IMG/VR virus record: IMGVR_UViG_3300009155_005562
Length of the DNA: 58,318 nt
DNA from: an uncultured virus (IMG/VR IMGVR_UViG_3300009155_005562)
Lineage: Duplodnaviria; Heunggongvirae; Uroviricota; Caudoviricetes
Reading direction: 5' to 3' (one strand)
The notes beneath the pieces are model-generated. The model saw only the letters and a program-made list of their open reading frames with translations, was not told the origin of the DNA and did not search any database. This document shows, piece by piece, positions 36,301 through 46,343 of this stretch. Numbering within the stretch: the stretch's first letter is position 1; each line of letters begins with the position of its first letter. A program made the position numbers and the translations under genes.

Positions 36301-37044
36301 ACCTTTGACATTTCTAGTAATTATTGATTCTACAAACCCTTCAGCTCCAGACTTAGATCCTGAGATAAGTTTACCTGTATAGCTTGTTGTGCGTGAACTG
36401 CGGGATACTTCAAGATATACAGGTAGCTTCCACTTGCCGCCAGAGGGCCGCAGGATATCATCTCCCGGATAATATACTTCCGCTTTGGTTCCAAATACTA
36501 ATTTAAATAATAGGTCTATAGAGCGCTCAGTGCCTTTTGCTCTGAATAGGTCGAAGGCTGCTTTTATAAGATTTCTTTTACTAGTATTAGTATTAAACTG
36601 TATACCTTTAAGATATTTTTCCTTAAAGTAAACTAAAAAATAATCAGCGGTTTTATCAATATCTCTATAGTCAAAAAGATTTCTTGAGTGATAGTAAACG
36701 CTAGGTGAGGAGAGAGATTCAATATATGTTTGGCTACCTGAAGAACTTAAAATATAAATTAATTCTTGACACTTTAACTTACACTTAAATCCTTCCGAGC
36801 TTGTATTTCTTATTAAAATAAATTTACCACTCTTAGCTTCGATTGAGCCTGTAGCCCCGCCTTGAGATACTGTATCTCCTATATTAAATCCTGTGTCAAC
36901 TTCTAACTCGGCATATGTATAACAGGTTTCAAGAAACGTAAAGTATTCTTTAGCAAATAATACGAAAAGCGGACCTTCCTCTCTGTAAAATTCAGGAAAC
37001 TGCAGCTCTACAAAGTTGCTAATAGAGTTTTCAATATCTCTCAT
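33364..37044 (-). CDS. Baseplate wedge subunit gp7-like
   Basis: QFPEFYREEGP, RAKGTERSI..LF..VFG, D..YYQEYSY and LHVAGT motifs; synteny gp6-gp7-gp8. Confidence 0.85.
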   Translation of the reverse strand: MRDIENSISNFVELQFPEFYREEGPLFVLFAKEYFTFLETCYTYAELEVDTGFNIGDTVSQGGATGSIEAKSGKFILIRNTSSEGFKCKLKCQELIYILSSSGSQTYIESLSSPSVYYHSRNLFDYRDIDKTADYFLVYFKEKYLKGIQFNTNTSKRNLIKAAFDLFRAKGTERSIDLLFKLVFGTKAEVYYPGDDILRPSGGKWKLPVYLEVSRSSRTTSYTGKLISGSKSGAEGFVESIITRNVKGKLIDILYLSNAKGPFVAGDIITENGIIENAPVHLGSLNSITITQGGSLFVVGEIVNIVSASGISGKAIVNSISSETGIVRFTLVDGGWGYSVNATSIVSTKVLEYSNYYNSNTSVTAFTDHETVEQNLHSLGITEVVGLLEVKDFINNPSGANSVVVQSDHVLNSNSATIIVNTLANNILANGNLKIPKKQLLVVNTSIFYPVGSVVNQSNGTSLLTKAVVNAVSNVAVLTINATPVISGVGFHIGQFITQNGTGANGIVVAVPYTSYYGFTNVTHVVLRGVGGTFNNTGTLNVYPSAANLTLVSTATPNTAQLGYQILLNDSSVLPSGNIQWFANNLISNATIGNSTIIVSSDVGGIISTNTSVTATGNVIGSNSGYLGITSVNNAFYSVNGNIIVGRQSNSVATITLVSSGSGANVRVGSITDTESVRLAQDLISSNNVLNVPFYNMIINGANSGYGYLSGVLILYSGSSYSNADVVTFTGGTYSGFRAGNASIVTNSSGGITSVVLASNVGSGYSSSPSANVATSTGSGAILYPLFPLGFVKTPAGDLINDTLLNIFRFQDYTIGSIATLAGINPGENYNLAPFIRITEPAVASLGKEDVVLNVTNVNKSFIVGENIRQSVVLSGNTITSNNLVGNSSYANGELVYSTNGIRRIAEGTIDTITSSTPNSVINVLNVIGQFSNTVTASKLTVSSNSLFSPGDLIRQGTGGSQANGILVTSNNTTLIVKSVSGTFAANATAVTSSSTGSTTISAANNSFSIYQLTGSTSNCTSNILNTTVYTSIKTAKGIVRSINGNFITVRRKSLFTEFEVSSSNTLYGITSYANASVISVTGDATSNDAGDNAIVSANVITANGSISELTIFDSGLGYLNQETVDMVSSATGIEATGKANVINQGTGEGYFETSDGFLSDNKFIHDGVYYQEYSYEVQSEIPLDKYSDILKQILHVAGTNLFGKVLTSSYINTPVSVTNSSITIV

Positions 37045-38831
37045 TATTCTTTAACCTGTTCTACTACGACTTGTATATCAGCATCATCTATTAAGATAAT
37101 TGTATTTTTATTAGATGTGATGTCTCTGGTAGTGGTATCTGCATAAACTCGAATACTACTACCTAGGTATGATGCATTAAAATTAACTATATTGACGATG
37201 CCATTTTTATAATCTACAGTACCTACATTCTTTACTACTTCATGGGCCCCATTAACATTTACTACAATACGCAAAGTACCCTCAGCATCATCTTCTAGGA
37301 AGCATTCTTTATTTTTATAGGTGAATGGAGATGAAGTAATTGAATAATATTCCGCACTTAAGTGTTCTGATGTCATATTATTAAATGTACTGAGCGGAAT
37401 ATCAAATTCCAAAGTAAAATTCTCTTCAATTACCGGGTCAGGTGAAAAATCTAGAAAGGTTCTTAAATAGGTATCATTACTAATAATACTTGAGTGAGAG
37501 TTATCAATATCACTAACTAATCTACTAAATCTAAGTGTCTTCTTGAACCCGGATAGATAATTTTTATTATAACTGCTAATAGCTGAAGTAACAATACTCC
37601 TAATATCACTTGACTTAAGGGAAGTTTTGTTTATGTTATATCTTACTCTTGTATAGCACTCAATTTTTAAAAATTTAGGTTGTATAATTATAGGATCTAT
37701 GCTGAGGGGCGAACGCTGCTTTAAAAAGTCATAGTATCTTTTTTTCATTGAATCAGGGATACCGTTATATCCTTCTAGGTCTACGGCCACGTACACTTTA
37801 CCGTATTGAGGTACTATTGCTTCCTCACCTCCAAACGCAGACACAGCTGTTACTTCAGGAAAATTAGTCTTTAAAAGACTTTCATAATCTGAAGCTGTAA
37901 CAGCTCTTTCTTGATTTTGGTAGTATCTAGGAGCATTAAGCTTAATCGATTCAATGCTCTCATTAACATCTCCTCCTACAGCTTCAGCTACAGTCTTTAT
38001 ATCACTTGTATTTGACTGTCCTTGTATAGGTCCGTCGATAGTAAATGATGAGGCACCATTAGGTAGCTGACCATTACTGACCCTATATTCAACTATAACT
38101 ATAGCCCCGGTAGAAGGCCTTTTACTAATAATATTATCACCGAACAGAATCTCATATTGAGAGTTTTCCGCTGCTTGTAAAAAATAAACTTCAGAATTTG
38201 AACTTAGCCCTAGAAAAGAGGCCGCTCTAGTGCAAGAATAAATATTAGCTCCATTATTCTCCGCTACTGACACTGTGATACTTCTAGTATCAATGGTAGG
38301 ATTTGATAAAACAAATCTTTGAGCCGTATTAGAATTATCCACTACAAATGAGTCTGATGTGTAAATACCTTCGTAAATGCTAATATTTGAATAAAACTTC
38401 CCATCAGTATTGGCAGGTACAACTATATTTTCTTCTGTAGCAAAAGAAAAAGTATTACTACCTACTTTTGATGTAAAAGTAGTACCCTTTGGTATAAGGA
38501 GAGCACCTAAAGTGATAGTTGGTGTTACAACAAAAGATATTTCGGCTACAGCAGATCTAAAAGATCTGGGCACATAAGCTAGCTCTTTAGCATGCGAGAC
38601 AACGCTATCCCTTAGTTGAGCCGAGTCAAGGAACATTTCAGAAGCAACCATATTGGTATAAAAGGATTGTAGATATGCATTATACGCAAGTAGATCTACA
38701 AGCTGTGAAATGTTTGAACCTTCGTACAGATAGTCCTTGAACGGAGAATCACTTCTCTGAAGGTATTGTTTTAAGTTGTCTTTGATTTTTTCAAAATCTA
38801 AAGACACTAGGTTAATACTAGTGTTTGCCAT
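37044..38831 (-). CDS. Baseplate wedge subunit gp6
   Basis: LDFEKIK.NL, EGSN..L.DLLAYN, EMFLDSAQLR.SVVSHAK.L.YVP.S, Q.RAVTA.DY. Confidence 0.92.
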   Translation of the reverse strand: MANTSINLVSLDFEKIKDNLKQYLQRSDSPFKDYLYEGSNISQLVDLLAYNAYLQSFYTNMVASEMFLDSAQLRDSVVSHAKELAYVPRSFRSAVAEISFVVTPTITLGALLIPKGTTFTSKVGSNTFSFATEENIVVPANTDGKFYSNISIYEGIYTSDSFVVDNSNTAQRFVLSNPTIDTRSITVSVAENNGANIYSCTRAASFLGLSSNSEVYFLQAAENSQYEILFGDNIISKRPSTGAIVIVEYRVSNGQLPNGASSFTIDGPIQGQSNTSDIKTVAEAVGGDVNESIESIKLNAPRYYQNQERAVTASDYESLLKTNFPEVTAVSAFGGEEAIVPQYGKVYVAVDLEGYNGIPDSMKKRYYDFLKQRSPLSIDPIIIQPKFLKIECYTRVRYNINKTSLKSSDIRSIVTSAISSYNKNYLSGFKKTLRFSRLVSDIDNSHSSIISNDTYLRTFLDFSPDPVIEENFTLEFDIPLSTFNNMTSEHLSAEYYSITSSPFTYKNKECFLEDDAEGTLRIVVNVNGAHEVVKNVGTVDYKNGIVNIVNFNASYLGSSIRVYADTTTRDITSNKNTIILIDDADIQVVVEQVKE

Positions 38832-39259
38832 TACCTTATCCTGTTAAGTAATAGTTCAATAACTGTAGGTTCAGTTTTATTTATGGTAGAAAAATACACA
38901 GTAACTGAGTAGGAGTTTTCATCTGGTGAAGCATCTACTATTACATCTATTAATTTTGCTCTAGGTTCAAAATTATCTATAGTTTCAATAATGTAACTTT
39001 TAAGCGCGCTTGTTGTGATAGGTGTAATGTTTTCAAATAAAAGGGCTTTAATATTGCTTCCTATTTCGGGAGCAAAGAATCTTTCTCCTCTATTAAGAAG
39101 AAGTAAGTTTCTAATAGAGTTTGAAACTGCATCTTCATTTTTAATTAGAGCTACGTCATTAGAACCATAAAATGACTGAATATTATTAGTAAAATCTGAA
39201 TACTTTACTTCTTGTACTACTGTGCTTTTTGTTCTATTAGTCTGTTTAACTAACGCCAT
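38831..39259 (-). CDS. Baseplate wedge subunit gp25
   Basis: AV.NSIRNLL...GERFF.P.IGS, I.NFEPR. Confidence 0.92.
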   Translation of the reverse strand: MALVKQTNRTKSTVVQEVKYSDFTNNIQSFYGSNDVALIKNEDAVSNSIRNLLLLNRGERFFAPEIGSNIKALLFENITPITTSALKSYIIETIDNFEPRAKLIDVIVDASPDENSYSVTVYFSTINKTEPTVIELLLNRIR

Positions 39260-39260
39260 T

Positions 39261-39554
39261 TTAATCTCCTACAAATACGTTTAATGACCCTTGTGAAGCT
39301 ACAGGATCACAATGCGGGGGCCCTACTGGGACGCAAAGAGAGTCGGCAGATGCATGATCACCGGTATTAACAACTGCAACTCCTCCAATATAGACACTAT
39401 TAGTAGCAGCTATTAAAGACCCTCCTCCGTGTGAATTAGGGTCCCCGTCTATAGCCCATAGGAGATTATTGACATATACCTGCTTACCTTGCTGACTCGT
39501 AGTAGTAGCTCCACACACTCTTGAGTCTGTATCTCGATGAACCGGATTAGTCAT
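39261..39554 (-). CDS. PAAR-like spike tip protein (gp5.4-like)
   Basis: HR..D.R.CG, VYVN, H..GS, GS.NVFVG; follows gp5. Confidence 0.8.
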   Translation of the reverse strand: MTNPVHRDTDSRVCGATTTSQQGKQVYVNNLLWAIDGDPNSHGGGSLIAATNSVYIGGVAVVNTGDHASADSLCVPVGPPHCDPVASQGSLNVFVGD

Positions 39555-39555
39555 A

Positions 39556-40260
39556 TTAGTTAGGATTTAAGTCTATTCTAGGGGCTATAAACTTCATATT
39601 ACCTTTAGATTCTACTGTATAAGTGCCTTCTACTAGTATATTAACATTCCCCTTTACCAGCACCGTATTATCTTTTAGTACTACTTCTATATGATCTCCA
39701 ACGACTTTATCTGTCTTTCTACCTTCATTGTTAATTTCTGAATAGGTGCCGGATTTATGATATATGTGGATTCTTTCGTTGTCTGGAGTATCATCAACTT
39801 CTATTACATGGCCGCTCTCTGTTCTAATTACTTTATTATATGGATATTTGGTACCGTAAGGAGATTCAGGCTCAGGTCCTATTGGCGACTTAATAATTTT
39901 ATTTATTTCTCTTGCCTCATAAGGTACATCATGATTGTTAATATCATTGCCAGGTATACCTGCAATAGTCCCTAGAATAACTGGATAATTGCATTCATTA
40001 ACATCCATGAAAAACCCTACAACTGTTGAACCTACTAATATACCAGTAGGTGAAATACCTATTTTGTTATAAGCAGCGCTGTTTACAGGTTGCATTACTG
40101 TAGCCCAAGGCAGGGATTCAGTAGGAGCAGATGCTTTACTGTCAGAATATGTATTTAAAGCTCTTACCTTTACTCTTCCTAATTTTTTAGGGTCCTCTCT
40201 ATCCTCTACTACCCCTATAAACCATCTAAATCCTTCTTGCCCTAATAGTCGCGATGTCAT
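39556..40260 (-). CDS. Baseplate spike gp5 (OB-fold plus beta-helix, no lysozyme domain)
   Basis: WFIGVVEDR.DP..LGRVKVR, LPWA, VVGFF.D, YPYN, ESGH..E.DDTP..ERIH..H.SGT. Confidence 0.9.
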   Translation of the reverse strand: MTSRLLGQEGFRWFIGVVEDREDPKKLGRVKVRALNTYSDSKASAPTESLPWATVMQPVNSAAYNKIGISPTGILVGSTVVGFFMDVNECNYPVILGTIAGIPGNDINNHDVPYEAREINKIIKSPIGPEPESPYGTKYPYNKVIRTESGHVIEVDDTPDNERIHIYHKSGTYSEINNEGRKTDKVVGDHIEVVLKDNTVLVKGNVNILVEGTYTVESKGNMKFIAPRIDLNPN

Positions 40261-41507
40261 CCTGTAATTCCTATTTTGTTAGCATCAAATGCAATGTAAT
40301 ATTTAAATCTATTATCTTCCGGTATTATTAAATGCCTTAATTTCTGAATAATGTAGTTACCTGAAAATCTAGAGTCATATTTTTCTTTTTCATTAAAGCT
40401 TGAAGTGTCAGGTAAATTAAGCTTAATCATATCTCCTACACATATAATATTATCGCCGTAAATCATACCTCTAACTATGTTTAAATTAAGTATTTGCAAA
40501 AGCGAATGCTTATGTCCTAGTAAGTCTTTAATATAGTCATTACCTCTCTCTGTATCTGAGGGTACAAACAAATTAAGCTGATTTGCATTACTTTTATTGT
40601 TCATAAATTTTGCATCATATGGTAGTTCAGTTTTTCCTTGCTGGCCAGTTGTTATATTTCTTTTCTGCTCACTTAAATTAAACTTAGTTTCTGAAAAGCT
40701 TTTAGTGAAAATATCAAAAGAAGAGACTTTATTACTAAACATCCCGGATATCTGATCTAAAGCTGTATCTGCTTTTTTTAAATGCTCAAACCTAATTAAG
40801 TTTCTAAATTGATAAGCTGATCTAATTTTATCTGTGCTGACTGTAGGCTCATAATAGAACTCTTTAGATTGAATAGTCTTTTTACCTTCTTCAATCATCT
40901 TATCTACCGACTTAAAATGAAACCCATATTGATTTTCAAAAAAGTAAAACACACCACCAAATGGAGTAAAGTTAATAGCTCTTTTTCTAAGAAGATCAAT
41001 ACATGCAAAGGGAGTGTCGCGTGCAAATGATATAGAATTAAGACCTCTCGTTTTTTCTATAAAGAGCGGCTTATCTGTTTTTAGTTGATTCTTTATCATA
41101 TCATATACCATATTGTCGATAGTATCTTTATATGATGATGTAATATTAAAATCTGTATTTTTAAAATGCTCTTCTGATACTGCCTTCAGCACGTAGGCGG
41201 TGGCTTGCCCGGAGTTTCTTGTACCTTGACCTTCAACCGTATATACTTTAAGTTTATAAGTTGCAAAATCATCTCTAGTAGGAGTTTTAAAACTTATTTC
41301 AATAGTTTCGTTGCCTATTATTGGAAAGTCTTTTACTAGATTTACTGCATCATTTACTAAAATTTCTGCATATACTGTAGGTTGTTGAAGATCTTCATAG
41401 ATTGAAATTGACCCTATCTGCTGCCTTATATCAACAGTAGTAGTACCGTCGAAGTGAATTATTTTTACTGACAGTATCTTTACGTCGCCTAGATCAAACT
41501 TCTCCAT
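40257..41507 (-). CDS. Baseplate hub protein (gp27-like)
   Basis: SIYED, PIIGNE, FYFFEN..GFHFKS, G.....VGD.I.L, SGNYII..LRH; lies between gp53 and gp5. Confidence 0.7.
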   Translation of the reverse strand: MEKFDLGDVKILSVKIIHFDGTTTVDIRQQIGSISIYEDLQQPTVYAEILVNDAVNLVKDFPIIGNETIEISFKTPTRDDFATYKLKVYTVEGQGTRNSGQATAYVLKAVSEEHFKNTDFNITSSYKDTIDNMVYDMIKNQLKTDKPLFIEKTRGLNSISFARDTPFACIDLLRKRAINFTPFGGVFYFFENQYGFHFKSVDKMIEEGKKTIQSKEFYYEPTVSTDKIRSAYQFRNLIRFEHLKKADTALDQISGMFSNKVSSFDIFTKSFSETKFNLSEQKRNITTGQQGKTELPYDAKFMNNKSNANQLNLFVPSDTERGNDYIKDLLGHKHSLLQILNLNIVRGMIYGDNIICVGDMIKLNLPDTSSFNEKEKYDSRFSGNYIIQKLRHLIIPEDNRFKYYIAFDANKIGITG

Positions 41508-42382
41508 TACAGCAGCTCTTTAAGTTCTTTTTCTACTTGATCAAGGTATACTTTATCAAGCAGTTTAATAGTTTTTTTTGAGTTATTAAATTCTATTTCA
41601 CTATCATATGCACTAACTTGTTTCCAGTAAACAAGCTCGTTATCTGGTATATTTAAATTAATATAATTACCAGAGCTATCTTCAATGTAATTAATCACCT
41701 CACTAACAGATGTATTAGAGTTTATGTCTGTGAAAAGAGATACATTTGACGTTGAATTAAATAAACCTTCTATATGTTGAACCGATATTGTATTACCTGA
41801 GATACTCTTGACGAAGCCGGTGCTTATTAAAGTACTGTTTGATTGAAGTATTTTATCTTCTAATTTAAAAATACTAGAATTACCAACATTAATATAAATC
41901 GTTTTGTTAGTTTCTTTAATTAATGAAAGCGGTTTTCTTTCATAGGAAACTATATTGTTGTTGATACCTGCAATTGGTTGCCAGTATTTTTTTAGACTTG
42001 CAGGTAGTGCTTGATATGCTGACGTAGATAGCATGCTATCATCATCTTCCCAATTTGTTGTATAGTATACTATTTTTTCTATAGCTGCTTGTGCAGAACT
42101 ATACTTCTTAATAATAAACGTTTTAAAATCATTCTCACTTAACGGCCAATCATAAAAGGGATCTATAATATCATTGGCGGCATATATTACCCAAGAATAT
42201 TTTGCATCATCGTAATAATTTGCAGATATTATATCTGCTCTCTCCCCTTCTTGAACTACGTAGGGATAGAAGACAAAATTATTTCTCTTTGCAATATCAT
42301 TAAATTTTATTGAAGTAAGTATATTAATTGCAATATTATTGCCATAAGATACTTTAGGAAATTTATCGAATAAATTAATCAT
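41507..42382 (-). CDS. Baseplate wedge subunit gp53
   Basis: F..FP.V.Y, Y.V.EGERAD.IS..YY.D..Y.WVI...N.I.DP..DWP, AYD.E...N..K..IKLL. Confidence 0.9.
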   Translation of the reverse strand: MINLFDKFPKVSYGNNIAINILTSIKFNDIAKRNNFVFYPYVVQEGERADIISANYYDDAKYSWVIYAANDIIDPFYDWPLSENDFKTFIIKKYSSAQAAIEKIVYYTTNWEDDDSMLSTSAYQALPASLKKYWQPIAGINNNIVSYERKPLSLIKETNKTIYINVGNSSIFKLEDKILQSNSTLISTGFVKSISGNTISVQHIEGLFNSTSNVSLFTDINSNTSVSEVINYIEDSSGNYINLNIPDNELVYWKQVSAYDSEIEFNNSKKTIKLLDKVYLDQVEKELKELL

Positions 42383-43593
42383 TTGCTTGTATTGTTATTT
42401 GTAGGGCTCGTTGTGGATGCAGTTCTTATATCACTTATTTCTTTGGAAGAGAGAGCGGGACCGGACGCACCGGTAAAGTCATTTTGAACTACAGGCTCAA
42501 TCTCACCAAAATTAAGTTCTACTTCTATTTCTGTTGGGTGCCTACCGCCTGAGAAGAATGATGGTACACCTGCAGGTGCATAGTTAATTGACATAGATTC
42601 TAGGTAACATTTTTTTATTATAATGTATGAATCATAACCTCCCATTGAGGGCTTATCCCCTGCAAATTCCCCGGCAGGTGTAGTAATAGTTATGGAGCAT
42701 TGATTAGGAAACCTTAATGCTAAACCTGTCTTTTCAGGTAGCATTCTCTTTTTAAGCTGTAGTAAAATGGCCTTTAATTTTCTCGATTCTTTTTCACTTG
42801 ACGGTGATAATCTAAAACTAAAGCTATGCTTTCTTAAAGTGACACCTTCAAACTGCAGAGCCTGATGTGGGTTAAATACTGCACCTGTAGCCCGGTCTAG
42901 AGCTGCCCCGGCTTCAGTGCCTGATATAAGACCCCTGACAGCTAGAATAGAATTTTGTGTTTTATTTCCACCCTTAGTAAGTACATCGGCGAGTGCGCCA
43001 CCTTTATCTGAAAAACTAGATATTGCTTCTTTAGTATTGCTGCCGCTAAACAATTCACCGGCGGTCTCTGGATTAAGCATACCTGCTTCTTCTAATATAC
43101 CAAATATACCTAACTGCTTCTCCGAGTATGTTGCCTGAAAATTTTCTTTTAAATTAGCTGGTAATGGAAGAGATATATTAACCTCAGGCAATGTAACAAC
43201 CGGCTGTATGGGGCTTTTTTGATAGCGCTCAAAGAACTTGAAGGTAATAAAATAATCAGCTAGATCTTCTGGATAAACTAGTTCCGATGGTGGTTTGACA
43301 GACTTGCTTGTAACTTCATCAGGCGTAGGGCCAGGTATTGCAGGTGGCGAGCCAAATGTATCTTTAAATTTAGAGACTGACAGAAATTTATTCACAGTAT
43401 CAACTGAACCAATAGATGAAATCTTACTAGTAAGCCCGCTAAGAGAAAAACCACCTGATACCGTACTTAACGCTTTGTTAACATCACCGTTGAAAGACTC
43501 AATAGACCCGGGTGTAGACTGGCCACCGTTTGACCTGAACTGATCGTAGAAGTTTCCATTCTGTACATAATTGTTTGTGTCGATATCTGCCAT
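42379..43593 (-). CDS. Baseplate tail-tube cap gp48-like
   Basis: L.YP, I.LPLP, NP....FEGV.LR.HSF.F.L.P.S..E, C.L..M.INY.P, L.F.E. Confidence 0.8.
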   Translation of the reverse strand: MADIDTNNYVQNGNFYDQFRSNGGQSTPGSIESFNGDVNKALSTVSGGFSLSGLTSKISSIGSVDTVNKFLSVSKFKDTFGSPPAIPGPTPDEVTSKSVKPPSELVYPEDLADYFITFKFFERYQKSPIQPVVTLPEVNISLPLPANLKENFQATYSEKQLGIFGILEEAGMLNPETAGELFSGSNTKEAISSFSDKGGALADVLTKGGNKTQNSILAVRGLISGTEAGAALDRATGAVFNPHQALQFEGVTLRKHSFSFRLSPSSEKESRKLKAILLQLKKRMLPEKTGLALRFPNQCSITITTPAGEFAGDKPSMGGYDSYIIIKKCYLESMSINYAPAGVPSFFSGGRHPTEIEVELNFGEIEPVVQNDFTGASGPALSSKEISDIRTASTTSPTNNNTSK

Positions 43594-43598
43594 AAATA
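43591..43598 (+). promoter_or_regulatory. Late-promoter-like CATAAATA ahead of gp4
   Basis: Ends 5 nt before the ATG at 43604 and overlaps the divergent gp48 start codon. Confidence 0.55.
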
Positions 43599-43603
43599 CT
43601 CTT

Positions 43604-44047
43604 ATGAGTTATAAAGGTTATTTTAAGCCCGTGCACCCAGAGAAGTACAGAGGTGATCCTACTAATATTATTTATCGTAGTTCTTACGAGCTAAAGTTTA
43701 TGCTTTATTTAGATAAGCACCCTAACATTATAGAATGGGCTAGCGAAGAGTTCTGCATACCGTATAGATCACCAGTAGATAATAAAATTCATCGCTATTT
43801 TCCTGACTTTTATGTGAAGAAGAAAAATATGGATGGTACTATAGAGGTTTTAGTTATAGAAATAAAACCTGCATCACAGACAAGGCCCCCTGAAGTAAAA
43901 AAGAACAATAAGTCAAGAAGGTATATACGGGAAGTAGTTACTTACGGTATTAATGAAGCTAAATGGAAAGCTGCTACTGCTTTCTGCGAAGATAGAAAGT
44001 GGAAGTTTGTTAAACTAACAGAAAAAGAGCTAGGTATAAAAAATTGA
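43604..44047 (+). CDS. Head completion nuclease gp4 (TnsA-like)
   Basis: Start MSYKG at 43604. P.HPEKY.GD, YRSS.E, W.SEE..IPY, HRYFPDF, EIKP, N.AKW.AA. Confidence 0.92.
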   Translation: MSYKGYFKPVHPEKYRGDPTNIIYRSSYELKFMLYLDKHPNIIEWASEEFCIPYRSPVDNKIHRYFPDFYVKKKNMDGTIEVLVIEIKPASQTRPPEVKKNNKSRRYIREVVTYGINEAKWKAATAFCEDRKWKFVKLTEKELGIKN

Positions 44048-44640
44048 AAGGTACAGTTTTTTCAAACATCTTAAGAGATGCAAGTATAAGCGGAATCGAC
44101 CCTAAAAACATCGTCGATGCAAGCACCTGGCTTAGATCTAGAGCTGCGGAAGAGAAGACAACTGATCCTAGCAGATTAATTAAATTAAATTCTGATCGCG
44201 GACGAACGGCTGTTTTGACAGGTCAAATGTATCTATTTAACTATGATGCAAAACATAAAGATACTTTACCTTATTATGACAGATACCCGCTAATATTTCC
44301 GTTTAAGAAAGTTAAGGATGGATTTTTAGGACTAAACCTTCATTACCTTCCTTATCCTTACAGAGCAATTCTAATGGATAACCTATATCCGTTGTTGAAT
44401 AACGATAAAATGAATGAAACGACAAGGTTAAGGATATCATATTCTATACTCGATAGAACCTCTAAACTTAAATATTTTGCGCCTTGTGTCAAGCACTATC
44501 TAAATAAACATATCAAGTCTAGATTTATTTACATATCCCCTGATGAGTGGAACATTGCATTATTTCTACCACTTCAAAGATTTAATACTAATGTAACTAA
44601 TGTCTATAGAGACTCAAAAAATATAATTAAGAGACGATAA
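44044..44640 (+). CDS. DNA end protector protein gp2
   Basis: G.MY.F.YDAK.K..LPYYD.YPL, GLNLHYLP, PCVKHYL. Confidence 0.92.
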   Translation: MKGTVFSNILRDASISGIDPKNIVDASTWLRSRAAEEKTTDPSRLIKLNSDRGRTAVLTGQMYLFNYDAKHKDTLPYYDRYPLIFPFKKVKDGFLGLNLHYLPYPYRAILMDNLYPLLNNDKMNETTRLRISYSILDRTSKLKYFAPCVKHYLNKHIKSRFIYISPDEWNIALFLPLQRFNTNVTNVYRDSKNIIKRR

Positions 44641-45620
44641 TGACAATTTCAGAACAGGTTAATGGTGTACTATCAAGAGGCAGAGATATTGCTGGTACCG
44701 TTAATGTTGTAAAGGACTTTTTGCCGCCCTCTATAAAAGGACCTTTAGAGAAGTTATTTGGCATTGATAGTAAGACCCCTTCAGGTGATAATCCAAAAAA
44801 TGTTTCAAACTTCATTGCAAATCTTAATAGATTAAGAGGTGTTCAGCGAACGAGTCATTTCTATGTAAACATTCCTATGCCTCGAAAATTGTCGCGTATT
44901 AGAAATGCCTCTACTAATGTAGGTACTGGTAGAAATGAAGTAAGCCTGGACGCTACAGGCGGTGGTACAGAAATGAGGGAAATAGGATTGCTATGTGAAT
45001 CGTGTAGCCTACCTGGTGTATCATTAAATACTACTGAAATAAGAAGATATGGTTACGGTGTGGCAGAGAAAAAACCTTACCTGCCTACCTTCACAGATCA
45101 GTCATTTACGTTTATAGGTGATAATACTGGTAAAATTCACAAATTCTTTTACAGGTGGATGAACAGTATAGTTAGATATGATGGACGCCATCGCGATAAT
45201 ACTGTAAGCTATGAACTTAGCCCATTTCAAGTAGAATATAAAAGAGACGAGCTTGGACCTCTTTATACTGTCGATATCCAGATAGTGATGATAGATGAAA
45301 CTAATAGAAAAATTAACACACTTACACTTATGGATGCATATCCAATCTTCCTCGGTGACGTACAATTAAGCTGGGCAGAAAATGATTCTTTTGTTAGATT
45401 TCCAGTTACTTTCACCTTCTCTAACTGGAAGCTTGATGAGCTTAATGTTGCACCTCTGCTCGATAATACTCCTAAACAAAGCAGTCTTCTACAACAAATA
45501 ATGAAGGTAGGATCTGCTGTACAAGTACTAGCATCAACTAGAAAGCCCACCGGTGTTGCAGATATTATTAACGTAGTAAATAACGCAAGAATTGTTTCTT
45601 CTGGACTTAATAATTTTTAA
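44640..45620 (+). CDS. Tail tube / baseplate tube initiator (gp54/gp19 family)
   Basis: LCESCSLPG, FF..WM..I, L.DAYP....V.LSW, F.VTF.F. Confidence 0.75.
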   Translation: MTISEQVNGVLSRGRDIAGTVNVVKDFLPPSIKGPLEKLFGIDSKTPSGDNPKNVSNFIANLNRLRGVQRTSHFYVNIPMPRKLSRIRNASTNVGTGRNEVSLDATGGGTEMREIGLLCESCSLPGVSLNTTEIRRYGYGVAEKKPYLPTFTDQSFTFIGDNTGKIHKFFYRWMNSIVRYDGRHRDNTVSYELSPFQVEYKRDELGPLYTVDIQIVMIDETNRKINTLTLMDAYPIFLGDVQLSWAENDSFVRFPVTFTFSNWKLDELNVAPLLDNTPKQSSLLQQIMKVGSAVQVLASTRKPTGVADIINVVNNARIVSSGLNNF

Positions 45621-45632
45621 TTGGAGTTTATA

Positions 45633-46343
45633 ATGGCATTACCTAAAATTAATCATCCTATATTTGAATTAACATTACCATCAACAAAAGATAAGCTTAA
45701 ATTTAGACCTTTCCTAGTTAAAGAAGAAAAGGTTCTTTTAATAGCACAATCAAGTGAAGATTCTAACCAGGTGCTTAACGCAGTTAAGCAAGTACTTAAT
45801 AATTGTATTATTAGTGATACAGTCTCAGTTGATGATTTTACTACATTTGATTTAGAGTATATTTTCTTGAAGATAAGATCTAAATCAGTTAATAACATTA
45901 TAGAACTAGCATATAGAGACACTGAAGATAATAAGAGGTATGAGTTTGAAATTAACTTGGACGAAATAGAAGTTAAAGAAGATCCGGAACATACTAAAAC
46001 TATTAAAGCCGATGATAGTCTTACTTTAATTATGAGATATCCTAGATCTGATCTAGCAAAGCTTTTATTAGAAGTTGAAGAAGAATACGATGTATTCTTT
46101 AAAATTCTTACTTATTGTCTGGATAAGGTAATATTAGATGGTCAAGAGTTTAGTGCTGTTGATTCAACAGAGCAAGAACTAGAAGAATTTATTCAATCAC
46201 TAGATGTTAATACATTTAAAAAAATTCAAGAGTTTTTTAATACTATGCCAAGACTTTATCATGAACTAAAGTATGTTAATAGTCTTGGTAATGAAAGAAC
46301 AATTAAGCTAACGAGTTTGAGTGATTTTTTTACGCTGGGCTGA
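45633..46343 (+). CDS. Baseplate hub assembly protein gp26
   Basis: Start MALPKI at 45633 after GGAG. RPFLVKEEK.LL.A, FDLEYIFL.IR.KSV, FF.TMP.L, L.DFF. Confidence 0.9.
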   Translation: MALPKINHPIFELTLPSTKDKLKFRPFLVKEEKVLLIAQSSEDSNQVLNAVKQVLNNCIISDTVSVDDFTTFDLEYIFLKIRSKSVNNIIELAYRDTEDNKRYEFEINLDEIEVKEDPEHTKTIKADDSLTLIMRYPRSDLAKLLLEVEEEYDVFFKILTYCLDKVILDGQEFSAVDSTEQELEEFIQSLDVNTFKKIQEFFNTMPRLYHELKYVNSLGNERTIKLTSLSDFFTLG

